A DNA stretch of 64,000 nt from Clostridia bacterium. GTDB taxonomy: Bacteria > Bacillota > Clostridia > Oscillospirales > CAG-272. The translations under genes were made by a program, and so were the position numbers. Where the stretch lies: positions 10,391-74,390 of the forward strand of contig JAFVQW010000041.1 of assembly GCA_017504605.1 (NCBI GenBank), read 5' to 3'. Below are positions 8,389 to 18,661 of this stretch, piece by piece (the first letter of the stretch is position 1; each line of letters starts with the position of its first letter). The notes beneath the pieces are model-generated. The model was not told the origin of the DNA. It ran no database searches and saw nothing but the letters and a program-made list of their open reading frames with translations.

Positions 8389-8625
8389 GTTCCATATCCC
8401 CTCGCCCTCGGGCGAGGGGGATATGGAGTATATTGCTCGCGCGGCGAGCAGTTATATTGTCGCTTCGCAACAGTTATATTCGCCTTGCGGCGAGTTAGAT
8501 TAAAGTGAAAGTTGAAAACCGAGAGTTGAAAGCTGTGCCGTTTTTTGCACTTTCAATTTTCCATTTTCCATTTTCAATTAAAATAGCGCGCACAGCGCGC
8601 ATTCTATACACCCCGGGAGGTAATT
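8389..8625 (+). repeat. Conserved intergenic cassette, copy 2 (upstream of P3)
   Basis: Same hairpin (8392..8426), same three AGTTATATT/hairpin units and same leader as copy 1. Identity continues through the first 21 nt of the downstream CDS (atgaaaaaaatgagaaggctt). Confidence 0.85.
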
Positions 8626-11600
8626 ATGAAAAAAATGAGAAGGCTTACGTCGTTTGTTCTCGTGCTCGCGCTTATAGCGGCGGTGCTCGCGAGTATGCCC
8701 GCCGACACGGCACTCGCGGCAGAGGCGGGGAATAGCGAATACCCAACGCCCGATGCTGCTCTTGCTGAGACAGCTACGTCGGATACGAGAGTGAGAAGAA
8801 TTACAGATACGACCTCGCCGACGGAGTATTCGACGGCATAGCACTCGGTAAGTCGGTTATCGTTGCCTCGCTTTCCAATAAGGTAAGCGCGACGTTTTCA
8901 CCGTCCACAACGGCTAACGGATATATAGTTTGCTTAAAGGACGTCGACCTCGTCGGCTCGGGCACGAATAATCGCTTCCAGATGGGCGCGACTCAGGAGC
9001 TCACCGTCGACCTTTCGGGTCACAAGATGAATATGCTCGGCGAGATATCGATTGGAGGCGCGGGCGGCATTATGTCCTCCGTCCTCACCGTTAAAAACGG
9101 TACGATGATGCTCGAGGGCTCGCTTCAGTCCTCGGGGAAATCTATGTATCAGCTTATCGCACTCCGCCGCGGAGCGAAGATGTATCTCAACAACGTCGAC
9201 GTTGTTCACGGCAAGACGGCGAGGTATTCCATTTTCATTTACGATAACGGCGGCAGCGTTTATATGACGAACTCCTCTCTCGACCTCGGCCCGCGCACCT
9301 TCTGCGCGCTCTACCTTACGAGCTTGAACTGCACCTGTAATGACTGCGCACAGGACAAGACGACACGCGAAACTCAGGAGTTTATCTTTGACGGAGTTAC
9401 CGTCTACTCGGCACAGGTTCTTTTCACTGTAAACCCGAAGGCGCACGGCTTGGACGGCGACTATTACAACGCGGTTGCAGACATCGCCTTCAAGGGCGGC
9501 TCCAAGATTAAAACGACCTCCCGAGCCCCGAAGAGCCTCTTTACCTTCGGTGACGAGTCTAAGAACGCGGCGGCAATCGCGGCGATGAGGGCGTCGAAGA
9601 TGAACCTCACCTTTGAGGAGGGAACGGCGTTCTCAGAGGCGGCCTTCCTCGACGGCGAGCTCGCGGCTAAGTACACTCTTACGGTCGTTGACAAGAACGG
9701 AGACCCGATTACCGACTATCGGACGGGATATTCCGCGGACGACACCTTCCCCGAGATGATTGCGAGAAACGAGTACACGGTCAGCTGGTATGCCTACGAC
9801 GGCACGCTCCTTGAGGCTATTAAGTACGCCGAGGGGGCCACTCCCTCGCACTCCGCTCCCGAGCACCCCGACAATCTCACGATGGATGCCGAGGGCAACG
9901 TGCTTCTTAAGCGCCACGACGGCTGGTCTCGGACCGAGGGCGCAACGACGGCTGAGGCTATTACGGCTGTTTTGGCGGATACCGCCTATTACGCCGTATA
10001 CGCCGACGAGCTCGCGGCAGTTTATACCAAGGACTCGGGCGGCAACCTCACCGCGGGCTTCCGCGATGCCGATATCGGCTCCGAGGCTATAGCGGCACTC
10101 GCCAACGGCTCCAAGCTTTATCTTAATACCGATGCTACTCTTTCGCAAAATATAAGCACACCGAACCTAAGCATTGAGCTTCAGGGAAATACCCTCACGC
10201 TCCTCGGCGCGGCCCTTATCCCGAGTGGCACTATGACCGTAAGCGGCGGTACGCTTCTTGCCGACGGAGTATGCCCCTTCGTTATCGACGGTGGCGCGAT
10301 GCTCACTCTTAACGGCGTTTCGGTCTCGGCCATCGATGCAGTAATTGCCGAGATAAATAACGGAGTAATAGAGGTTGTCGGCGGCGAGCTCCGCGCGAGC
10401 TCTGCTACTATGATGGGCGCTATCGCGGCCTACGGTAATGCGGAGGTGATAATTCGCGGTGCGAGCGTGCGCACGAGAAACGCATTCGGCAGCTCCGCCG
10501 TCGTATATGCGGCGTCCGGCGCCTCGATCGTAAGCGTAAGCGTAACGAACAACGGCGGCACCGACCCCCGCTTTAACGTAGACGGCACTCTCATTTACGC
10601 TGACGGCGACGTCGGCTACGGAGTGGTTGAGGCTACGGTTGTAGATACCGATATTTTCCATCTCGGCGAGCTCGTTGCGACCTCCGCAGAGACTGCCGAT
10701 TTCGTCGACGTAATTATCCGAAACGCAAAAATCGGACGTCAGTCGAGCGGCGCTAATTTCCGCACCCAGAACGGCGCGCCCCTTTATACACCCCTTGACC
10801 CCAATACTCCCGTGACCGACATAGATGTCGAGTTCGAGGTTTACTCCTCGCTCACCGTTTCTAAGGAATTCACTCTTAACTTCTACATTCCCGAGGGCAG
10901 CCCCGTTGTCGACGTTATTGTCGGCGGCGTGTCCTACTTCGACGTTAACAGCCTTGATTCTTACGAGAAGACGGTGCACGAGGGCGTGTCCTGCTATCGC
11001 GTTGAGTGCGGCAGCTTCACCGCAAAGAACGCTATCTCCGCGCGCCGCGTGCAGTACGTTATCGAGCACGAGGGAGGGCGTTACTCGCTCGACAGCACCT
11101 ATTCGATTGTTGAGTACTGCGCCGACGTTCTCGCGGGCGACTATTCCGACATTACCAAGACGCTGATGCTCGACATTCTCTGCTATATCAGAGAGGGCTA
11201 CGACTTCTTCGTCGGCGGTGGCGCCACCGAGGAGGAGCTTGCACTTGTTGATAGCCTCATCGGTGACTACGATTCCAAGGAGGAGATACCCGCGGACACC
11301 GCCGACCTCTCGGCACTCTCGGGCCTCGTTTCCTCGGTACAGTTCGCGGCAAATGACAGAATTACGATGAGAATAGCTCTCACCGAGGCCGCAAAGAGCG
11401 AGAAAATAAGAATTTATTACGGCACCGCGGCCGCGCTCGCGGTGAACGGCACCGATGCCGATTTCCTTGAAATCGACGTTCCCCTCTTCGCTCTTACCGA
11501 TACTATACAGATAGTCGTCGGCGAGGCGAGCGCGGAGTACAGCTTCGCGGCCTACGTCGCGGCGGTTGCCGACGCCTACTCCGAGAGCTGCCCCGAGCTC

Positions 11601-11705
11601 TGCGATATGCTCGCGGCGACTCTTCGCCTCGGCAAGAGCGCGAGAAGGTACGAGGGCGCGGGACTGCCCGATACGCCGAGTATCGAGCCCGACTTCGAGT
11701 TCTAA
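8626..11705 (+). pseudogene. P3: P-family member interrupted by a frameshift near 8767-8775 (or an assembly error)
   Basis: The signal-peptide ORF 8626..8841 (MKKMRRLTSFVLVLALIAAVLA...) is in frame 1. Family homology (SYVGYESEKNYRYDLADGVFDGIALG...VDLSGHKMN) continues in frame 0, which opens at 8769 after a TGA at 8766-8768 and runs to 11705. The 8982 ATG is internal. Confidence 0.7.
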
Positions 11706-11748
11706 AACTCGGGCGTCGATATTTTGGCATAACCGCAAACGAAAAATA

Positions 11749-11783
11749 GGGGAGAGGCACTTTTAAGCCTCTCCCTTTTCTTT
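11749..11783 (+). terminator. Rho-independent terminator after P3
   Basis: ggggagaggc-acttttaa-gcctctccc followed by ttttctttg. Confidence 0.7.
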
Positions 11784-11970
11784 GTAAAAGCTCGTAGGCA
11801 AGGCTAAGGTTGAAAACCTACGGTTTTCTTCTAATTTTCGTTTGCTATCACCGTTTTCTCGCTCGACGTACTCTTGTACGCCTCACGCTCGAAGAACGGC
11901 GATTTCTGCTCAAAATCTCTTTGCCCGAGGGCTTCGACATTTTGGCATAACCGCAAACGAAATATTTATT

Positions 11971-12000
11971 GAAAGAGGTGCTTTTGCGCCTCTTTCTTTG
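11971..12000 (+). terminator. Second terminator-like hairpin
   Basis: gaaagaggtgc-tttt-gcgcctctttc followed by tttg. It is preceded by a repeat of the 28-nt sequence that also precedes the first terminator. Confidence 0.5.
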
Positions 12001-12025
12001 CTATATATTGTATTTCGGCGAAGAG

Positions 12026-12058
12026 AAAAGCGATGAGACTTGACGTCTCATCGCTTTT
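12026..12058 (-). terminator. Terminator downstream of trkH (bidirectional hairpin)
   Basis: aaaagcgatgagac-ttga-cgtctcatcgctttt, with A and T runs on both sides, 7 nt beyond the trkH stop. Confidence 0.7.
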
Positions 12059-12064
12059 GTTTTC

Positions 12065-13531
12065 TTATATTTTGCTTCTCTTCCAAGTCGTGGGGGAGAA
12101 CAGAAGAAGCATCGGGAACAGCTCGAGCCTGCCTGCGAGCATATCGAATATCAGTACGAGCTTCGAAAACGGAGAGAAAAATGCGAAGTTCTGTGTCGGG
12201 CCGACCGCCTCAAGGCCCGGTCCGATGTTGTTGAACGCCGCGCTTACCGCGGTGAAGTTCGTTACCATTTCGTTATAGCCGCCCGCATCGTAGTTGTCAA
12301 ACGAGATTAGAAATACGGAAAAGACAAATATCAGAACGTAGGTGACGAGATAAGCGTTGACGCTTCGCACCACCTCGTGGTCTACGGGTCGGCGGTCAAC
12401 CGTAATCTTCTTAATCTGGCGGGGGCGCAGAATTGCGCCGAGCTCGCGCGTCATACCCTTGAAGAGTATTACTATTCGCGAGACCTTGAAGCCGCCGCCC
12501 GTAGAGCCCGCACACGCACCGATAAACATTACGGAGACGAGAACGGTTTTTGAGAGCGTGGGCCAGTCGTTGAAGTTGGAAATCGCAAAGCCCGTCGTGG
12601 AAATGAGCGAGGATACCGTGAACGCCGCGTGGCGCAGCGCCTCACCGAGCGCGGTGAATATCCCGCCGAAATAGAGGTTGAGAGTAACTATTACTATCGC
12701 CGCCGCGACAATGCAGATAAAGGTGATAACCTCGGAGGTGAAGGCCTCCTTAAATCTTGCGCGGAGCACGAGATAGTAGGAGTTAAAGTTAACCGAGAAG
12801 ATAAGCATAAACACCGTAACGACAATTTGTACATAGGGGCTAAAGCCCGCAATACTGTCGTTATAGATGCCGAAGCCTCCCGTGCCCGCTGTGCCGAACA
12901 CGGTGCAGGCCGCATCGTAGAGCGGCATCTCGGGGAGGAGCAGGAGTACGTTTACCACGGTTAAGGCGATGTATATTGCGTAGAGTATAATCGCGGTTTT
13001 CTTGACACGGGGCACCAGCTTCGATACCTCGGGCCCCGGGCTCTCCGCCTTCATTATATACATATTCTCGGCGCCCGAGAGCGGCAAAATCGCCATAACG
13101 AATACGAGCACTCCCATACCGCCGACCCAGTGCGTGAAGCAGCGCCAGAGGTTTATGGAGCGGGGCATATCCTCGACCGCGGGCAAAATCGATGCACCCG
13201 TGGTGGTAAAGCCCGACACCGTCTCAAAGAGCGCGTCAACGAAGCTCGTAATCGAACCCGAGAAGATAAAGGGCAGCGAGCCGAAAAGACTGATGACAAT
13301 CCAAGAGAGCGACACAATAACGAGGCCGTCGCGCGCGTATAGCTTCGTGTTTTTTGGCCTCCGATATGTCATAAGCACACCGAGCGCAACCGTGAGGGCG
13401 GCCGTGCCGAGAAAGGCAAGGAGGCTCGGCCACTCGGCATATACCGCCGCCGTCACTGCGGGGATTGCGAAAAATCCCGACAGGAAGAGCAGTATTATTC
13501 CGAGGGTATATCTTATCATTTTGAAATTCAT
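12065..13531 (-). CDS. trkH: TrkH-family potassium uptake membrane protein
   Basis: 488 aa and polytopic. Four pore-loop motifs (GFTTTGAS, GTGGFG, STTGFA, STGGGFKV). Adjacent to trkA. Confidence 0.9.
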   Translation of the reverse strand: MNFKMIRYTLGIILLFLSGFFAIPAVTAAVYAEWPSLLAFLGTAALTVALGVLMTYRRPKNTKLYARDGLVIVSLSWIVISLFGSLPFIFSGSITSFVDALFETVSGFTTTGASILPAVEDMPRSINLWRCFTHWVGGMGVLVFVMAILPLSGAENMYIMKAESPGPEVSKLVPRVKKTAIILYAIYIALTVVNVLLLLPEMPLYDAACTVFGTAGTGGFGIYNDSIAGFSPYVQIVVTVFMLIFSVNFNSYYLVLRARFKEAFTSEVITFICIVAAAIVIVTLNLYFGGIFTALGEALRHAAFTVSSLISTTGFAISNFNDWPTLSKTVLVSVMFIGACAGSTGGGFKVSRIVILFKGMTRELGAILRPRQIKKITVDRRPVDHEVVRSVNAYLVTYVLIFVFSVFLISFDNYDAGGYNEMVTNFTAVSAAFNNIGPGLEAVGPTQNFAFFSPFSKLVLIFDMLAGRLELFPMLLLFSPTTWKRSKI

Positions 13532-13560
13532 TAAATCAAGGCTCCTTCGGTGAAGAAAAA

Positions 13561-14916
13561 TTACTCGAGTATGTCTGCGATATCACGGATTCCCGTAATT
13601 TCGGACACCACGATAACGGCATCTCCGACCTCAATAATATCGTGTCCGCGAGGAATTATAAGGTCGCGCCCGCGCATTATCGCCGCGACGAGAACGCCCT
13701 TTCTCAGCTTCAGCATAGACAGCGGCACACCCGCGACCTCGGAGCCGCGGCGCACGATAAACTCCACCGCCTCAATCTTGCCCTTGATTACGCTGTAGAG
13801 CGTTTCAATATTACCGCCACGCGAGCCCTCTACACTGCGGGCGTAGCGGACTATCATATCCGCAATTATGTTCTTCGGGTATATTACCGTGTCGAGCGAG
13901 AGCCTTTGAATAACGTCGTCGTAGTCGATACGGTTTATCTTCGTGACGAGCTTGCCGCGGCTCTTCTGCTTCGCGAAGAGCGAGAGAATAAGGTTCTCCT
14001 CGTCGTTGTCGGTGAGCGCGATGAAGGCGCCCGCCTCCTCGATGCCCTCCTCGGCGAGTATCTCCTCGTCGGCGGTATCGGCGTTCACGACGGTAATCTT
14101 ATCGTGCTCGGAGGCGAGCCTCTCGGCTCTCGCCTTATCACGCTCGATAACGCGCAGGGATATACCCGTGCGGCGAAGAGCACGGCAGAGATAGTGAGTA
14201 ACCTCGCCGCCGCCGACTATAATCGCATCCTTGACGGCACGGGTCTTATAGCCTATCAGCTTCGAGAACTCAAGAGCCTGCTTCGGCTCGGCAATTATAG
14301 ATATTACATCGTTTTCAAGGAAGATAAAGTCACCCTTGACGATATGAGCCTCGTCTCCGCGCTCGACGGTGCAAAAGAGCACATCACAGCGGTGGTTACC
14401 GACGAACTCGCGTACCGTCATGCCCGCAATAGGACAGCCCTTAGGCAGTCTGAACTTTACGAGCTCGACACGCCCCTTGGCAAAGGGCTCAATGCTGATA
14501 GCTGAGGGAAAGCGCAAAACGCGCGCAATCTCCTCGGCCGCCGCGAGCTCGGGGTTGAGAACCATAGCAAGTCCGAGCTCCTCCTTAAGATAGGGGCTCT
14601 CGGTATAGTATTCGTGACTGCGCACGCGGGCTATCGTTCTGCATTCGCTCTCGCGCTTGGCCACAATAGAGGCGAGAATGTTTAACTCGTCGGCGCCCGT
14701 GACCGCGATAAGAAGGTCGGCCTTCTTAATCCCCGCATCGCGCTGGACGGTGTGCGTGGCACCGTTGCCGATAACGCCCATAGCGTCAATCTTGTCGGTG
14801 ACGGCGCGGACGTTCTCGGCCACGCTGTCGATAACCGTTATATTATTTCCCTCAAGGCTGAGCTGCCTTGCAAGGGTCTGTCCGACCTTGCCGCAGCCGA
14901 CTATGATTATATTCAT
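13561..14916 (-). CDS. trkA: Trk system NAD-binding (RCK) subunit TrkA
   Basis: 451 aa. Two tandem Rossmann/RCK halves (MNIIIVGCGKVGQTLA and IIVGGGEVTHYLCRAL). Confidence 0.9.
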   Translation of the reverse strand: MNIIIVGCGKVGQTLARQLSLEGNNITVIDSVAENVRAVTDKIDAMGVIGNGATHTVQRDAGIKKADLLIAVTGADELNILASIVAKRESECRTIARVRSHEYYTESPYLKEELGLAMVLNPELAAAEEIARVLRFPSAISIEPFAKGRVELVKFRLPKGCPIAGMTVREFVGNHRCDVLFCTVERGDEAHIVKGDFIFLENDVISIIAEPKQALEFSKLIGYKTRAVKDAIIVGGGEVTHYLCRALRRTGISLRVIERDKARAERLASEHDKITVVNADTADEEILAEEGIEEAGAFIALTDNDEENLILSLFAKQKSRGKLVTKINRIDYDDVIQRLSLDTVIYPKNIIADMIVRYARSVEGSRGGNIETLYSVIKGKIEAVEFIVRRGSEVAGVPLSMLKLRKGVLVAAIMRGRDLIIPRGHDIIEVGDAVIVVSEITGIRDIADILE

Positions 14917-14985
14917 TACCGTTCTCCGTTTAAAAGGAATTTAGTCAGTCGTTATTATATAATTATAAATATTTTCCTGCTTTTG

Positions 14986-15990
14986 TCAAGTATGCGAGCG
15001 GCGGTATTCGAGCGGCGTTACTCCCGCTATATCCTTGAACCTTCGGTGGAAGTAGGAATCGTTCTCGTAGCCGACGGCGCTTATGACGTCGCCGACGGGT
15101 ATATCGCTGTCGCGAAGAAGTGCCGCCGCGCGGGCCATACGCTCCTCGAGGAGCAGCTCGGAGAAGCTCTTGCCGAAGAGGCGCTTGACGGTTCTCGACA
15201 GATAAGGCACGCACAGATAGGTCACCTCGGAGAGGCCCGTGAGGCTCGCATCGCGAAAGTGAGATTTTATGTACGTCAGAATTTCAATACGGCGGCGCTC
15301 ATCGGCATCGGGCGCGTGAGATGCGTGCGCGAGCACGCGCTCGCCGTCAAGCGAGAGCGAGAGCAGTAAAAGCGACACGGTACGGCTCATTATCTCTCTG
15401 TTGCAGCGCTCGCCGAGCAGCTCGAGCAGTAAATTCTCGAATATGTTCTCATACAGTCGCTCGCCTCCCGTTTTGAATACGAGGTACATAGCCTCGCCGC
15501 GGCCTCTCGCGTTCTCGCGGATAAAGGGGGAGAACACCGTGCCCGAGGCCTCGGCGGAGAGCTCGTCGAGAAACTCGTCGCTCATAATTATATTAACGCC
15601 GATGTCGGAGCTCTCGGCGCGCTCGATAGAGTGGTGAGCGTGCTTGTTAAGGAAGAGAAGGTCGCCCTCGCCGAGGGTGATGACCTCGCCGTTTATGCGA
15701 TGAGTAATTTGACCCGAGAGAACGAGCATAACCTCAACAAAGCTGTGTCGGTGCTCGGGGAATACCGTGAAGCGCGGGTGCTTGCGCATGCTTATCTCGC
15801 GCCTTCCCGAGAAAAGCCTGGCACCGCTGACTATAAATTCCTCCTCGGTGCTATAGAGGCCTCGGTCAAGCTCGGCGCCCGCGAGCAGCCGCTCCTCCTC
15901 GGGGCTTATTTCGGATAGAATAGATATGATTTTTTCGTTCATAGGAGTTCCTCCCGACAATATTTTAACATATACAGGGTTAAAAAGCAA
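14986..15990 (-). CDS. AraC-family transcriptional regulator (cupin sensor + HTH), probable rhamnose regulator
   Basis: C-terminal AraC HTH (GYENDSYFHRRFKDIAGVTPLEYRR) and an N-terminal cupin-like region. Divergent from rhaBAD. Confidence 0.8.
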   Translation of the reverse strand: MLFNPVYVKILSGGTPMNEKIISILSEISPEEERLLAGAELDRGLYSTEEEFIVSGARLFSGRREISMRKHPRFTVFPEHRHSFVEVMLVLSGQITHRINGEVITLGEGDLLFLNKHAHHSIERAESSDIGVNIIMSDEFLDELSAEASGTVFSPFIRENARGRGEAMYLVFKTGGERLYENIFENLLLELLGERCNREIMSRTVSLLLLSLSLDGERVLAHASHAPDADERRRIEILTYIKSHFRDASLTGLSEVTYLCVPYLSRTVKRLFGKSFSELLLEERMARAAALLRDSDIPVGDVISAVGYENDSYFHRRFKDIAGVTPLEYRRSHT

Positions 15991-16093
15991 TATAAAAAGT
16001 TAAAATAAGACGGTTTTTATAACAATTTTCCACCTTGTGCGCGTGTATTTAACTATGCTATCATTAAGTTGAAAATAAAAAGGGAGGGCAAGC

Positions 16094-17404
16094 ATGAATT
16101 ACTATCTGGCAATTGATATAGGTGCCTCGAGCGGACGGCACATCGTCGGGTGGGAGAATGACGGAAAAATTATGACCGACGAGGTCTACCGCTTCGACAA
16201 CGGCCCCGACAAGCTCGGCGAATCGCTTGTATGGGATACCGAGAGGCTTTTCCTGGAGGTCAAGCGCGGTATTGCCGCGGCACTTTTAAAATATCCCAAG
16301 ATTATCTCGCTCTCTATTGACACCTGGGGCGTCGATTACGTCCTTATGCGCGGTGACGAGGCCGCTTTACCCGCCTACGCCTACCGTGACGAAAGGGGCG
16401 AGCGCGCCGCCGAGTTCGTTCACAGAATAATCTCCAAAAGAGAGCTTTTTTCTCGCACGGGGACTACCTATATGTCCTTTAACACGATATACCAGCTTTA
16501 TTACGACAAGCTCTGCGGTAGGCTTGAGGGGGTTACCGACCTGCTTATGATGCCCGAGTATCTGATGTATCGCCTCACGGGCAAGAGGCTCCGCGAGCGC
16601 ACCAACGCCACGACCACGGGCCTTGTAAACGCCCTGACGCACGAATACGACGAGGAGATTTTTGAGCGGCTCGGCCTCCCCGAGTGCCTGATGAGGCCGC
16701 TTTCCGACCCGGGTGCGAGCCTCGGCGGTCTTTTACCCGAGGTGATAGACGAGGTGGGCGGGGATATTGAGGTCGTGCTTTGCGCAACCCACGATACCGC
16801 GAGCGCCGTCGTGGCTATCGAGATGAAGGAAAACGCGCCCTACATATCCTCGGGCACCTGGTCGCTTCTCGGCGTTAAGACCGAGGCGGCTCTGACCGAT
16901 GACAAATCGCGCCGCTCGGGCTACTCGAACGAGGGGGGCATAGGATATAACCGTTACCAGAAGAATATTGCGGGAATGTGGATTGTGCAGAGGCTTCGCG
17001 CAGAGCTTTGCCCCGAGCTTTCCTACGTTGAGATTACCGATATGGCGCTGAGGAGCAAATTTATCGGCTCGTTCGACGTTGACGACCCGTGCTTACTCGC
17101 TCCTAAGAGCATGAAGGGGGTTATTTGCGAGCGCCTCGGCATATTCGAGGACAGCGTCGGAGCTGCCGACCTCTTTAACGCGGCCTACGTCAGTCTCGCT
17201 CTCGGGTATCGGAGAGCTATCGCCGACCTTGAGAAAAACACCGGAAAAACCTACACCGAGCTTTACATTGTCGGTGGCGGTGCTAAAAATAATTATTTGA
17301 ATTCGCTTACCGAGCAGTACACCGGCAAGCGCGTAATTGCGCTGCCGATTGAGGCTACCGCGATAGGCAATCTTAAGGTACAGATGAAAGGAAAGAGAAA
17401 ATGA
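16094..17404 (+). CDS. rhaB: Rhamnulokinase
   Basis: FGGY kinase. AIDIGASSGRH, DTWGVDYVL, NATTTGLVN and THDTASAV match E. coli RhaB motifs. Overlaps rhaA by 4 nt. Confidence 0.9.
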   Translation: MNYYLAIDIGASSGRHIVGWENDGKIMTDEVYRFDNGPDKLGESLVWDTERLFLEVKRGIAAALLKYPKIISLSIDTWGVDYVLMRGDEAALPAYAYRDERGERAAEFVHRIISKRELFSRTGTTYMSFNTIYQLYYDKLCGRLEGVTDLLMMPEYLMYRLTGKRLRERTNATTTGLVNALTHEYDEEIFERLGLPECLMRPLSDPGASLGGLLPEVIDEVGGDIEVVLCATHDTASAVVAIEMKENAPYISSGTWSLLGVKTEAALTDDKSRRSGYSNEGGIGYNRYQKNIAGMWIVQRLRAELCPELSYVEITDMALRSKFIGSFDVDDPCLLAPKSMKGVICERLGIFEDSVGAADLFNAAYVSLALGYRRAIADLEKNTGKTYTELYIVGGGAKNNYLNSLTEQYTGKRVIALPIEATAIGNLKVQMKGKRK

Positions 17405-18645
17405 ACGCATACGAAAGAGCAAGGGTAGAGTACGCAAAATGGGGAATTGATACCGAGGCGGCAATGGAGCGCCTCGCACGTGTTCCCGTGTCGATGCACT
17501 GCTGGCAGGGAGACGACGTGGTCGGCTTCGATGCTCGCGAGGCACTCTCGGGTGGCATACAGGTCAGCGGCAACTATCTCGGACGCGCTCACACGCCCTC
17601 GGAGCTTATGGCGGATATTGAGAAGGCCTTTTCGCTTATACCCGGCAAGAAGAAGCTTAATGTTCACGCCTCCTACGCTATTATTCCCGAGGGGGAGACG
17701 GTCGGCAGGGACGGGATTTTGCCCCGACACTTCGAGCCGTGGCTCGAGCTTGCAAAGCGCCTTGGCGTGGGAATTGATTTTAACCCCACCTTCTTCAGCC
17801 ACCCGATGGTTAAGGATAACCTCACGCTCTCCTCGCCCGACGAAGAGGTGCGCGCGTATTGGGTAAGGCACGGCAAGGCCTGCCTCAAGATTGCCGAGTA
17901 TTTTGCGACCGAGACGGGGGCCCCCTGCGTTATTAACTTCTGGATTCCCGACGGATATAAGGACATTCCCGCCGACAGGCTGTCTCCGAGAGCGAGATTT
18001 AAAAAATCCCTCGACGAAATTCTTGACACGCCTTATGATAAGACGGGGGTTTACGTAACGCTCGAGTCGAAGGTGTTCGGAATAGGTCTTGAGTCCTACA
18101 CCGTCGGCTCGGCCGAGTTCTGCCTCTCCTATTCGGCACAGCGCGGTATAACGCCGCTTATGGATAACGGACACTACCACCCGACCGAGGTCGTCTCGGA
18201 TAAGATTTCCTCGCTCCTTCTCTTCAATGAGAAAATCGCACTCCACGTAACCCGTGCGGTGCGCTGGGACTCCGACCACGTCGTCATTTTCGACGACGAG
18301 ACACGCGAGATTGCGAAGGAGATAGTTCGAAACGGCGCACTCGAGCGCGTGTTTATTGCGCTCGACTACTTCGATGCCTCGATTAACCGCGTGGCCGCGT
18401 GGGTTATAGGAATGAGGAATATGGAGAAGGCGCTTCTCGCGGCTATGCTCCTGCCGAACGAGCGCCTCGCGGAGTATCAGCAGGCGGGTGACTTTACTCA
18501 CGTGCTGGCGCTTACCGAGGAGTTCAAAACCTTCCCGTTCGGCGACGTATTCGACGAGTACTGCCGCCGTCAGGGCGCGCCCGTCGGAGCTGATTGGCTT
18601 CGCGAGATTGAGATTTACGAGGCAGAGGTCCTCTCAAAAAGATAA
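17401..18645 (+). CDS. rhaA: L-rhamnose isomerase
   Basis: 414 aa. VSMHCWQGDDVVGFD is the RhaA signature region. Confidence 0.9.
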   Translation: MNAYERARVEYAKWGIDTEAAMERLARVPVSMHCWQGDDVVGFDAREALSGGIQVSGNYLGRAHTPSELMADIEKAFSLIPGKKKLNVHASYAIIPEGETVGRDGILPRHFEPWLELAKRLGVGIDFNPTFFSHPMVKDNLTLSSPDEEVRAYWVRHGKACLKIAEYFATETGAPCVINFWIPDGYKDIPADRLSPRARFKKSLDEILDTPYDKTGVYVTLESKVFGIGLESYTVGSAEFCLSYSAQRGITPLMDNGHYHPTEVVSDKISSLLLFNEKIALHVTRAVRWDSDHVVIFDDETREIAKEIVRNGALERVFIALDYFDASINRVAAWVIGMRNMEKALLAAMLLPNERLAEYQQAGDFTHVLALTEEFKTFPFGDVFDEYCRRQGAPVGADWLREIEIYEAEVLSKR

Positions 18646-18661
18646 GAAGGGTGAAAGAAAA

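Noticed and set aside
8982-11705. Treating the 8982 ATG as the true start of an intact 907-aa protein
   Set aside because: The frame is open from 8769, and the upstream residues (SYVGYESEKNYRYDLADGVFDG…) are homologous to the N-termini of the paralogs. A start at 8982 would lack a signal peptide.
12033-12278. Small plus-strand ORFs (12033..12278, 12040..12234) and others overlapping trkH/trkA
   Set aside because: They are antisense to well-supported trkH/trkA coding sequence and have no ribosome-binding site or recognisable motifs.
18488-18661. N-terminal extension of rhaD given in the ORF track
   Set aside because: It overlaps the 3' end of rhaA in another frame. The RhaD homology and a ribosome-binding site begin at 18662 (MKNILDAKF).
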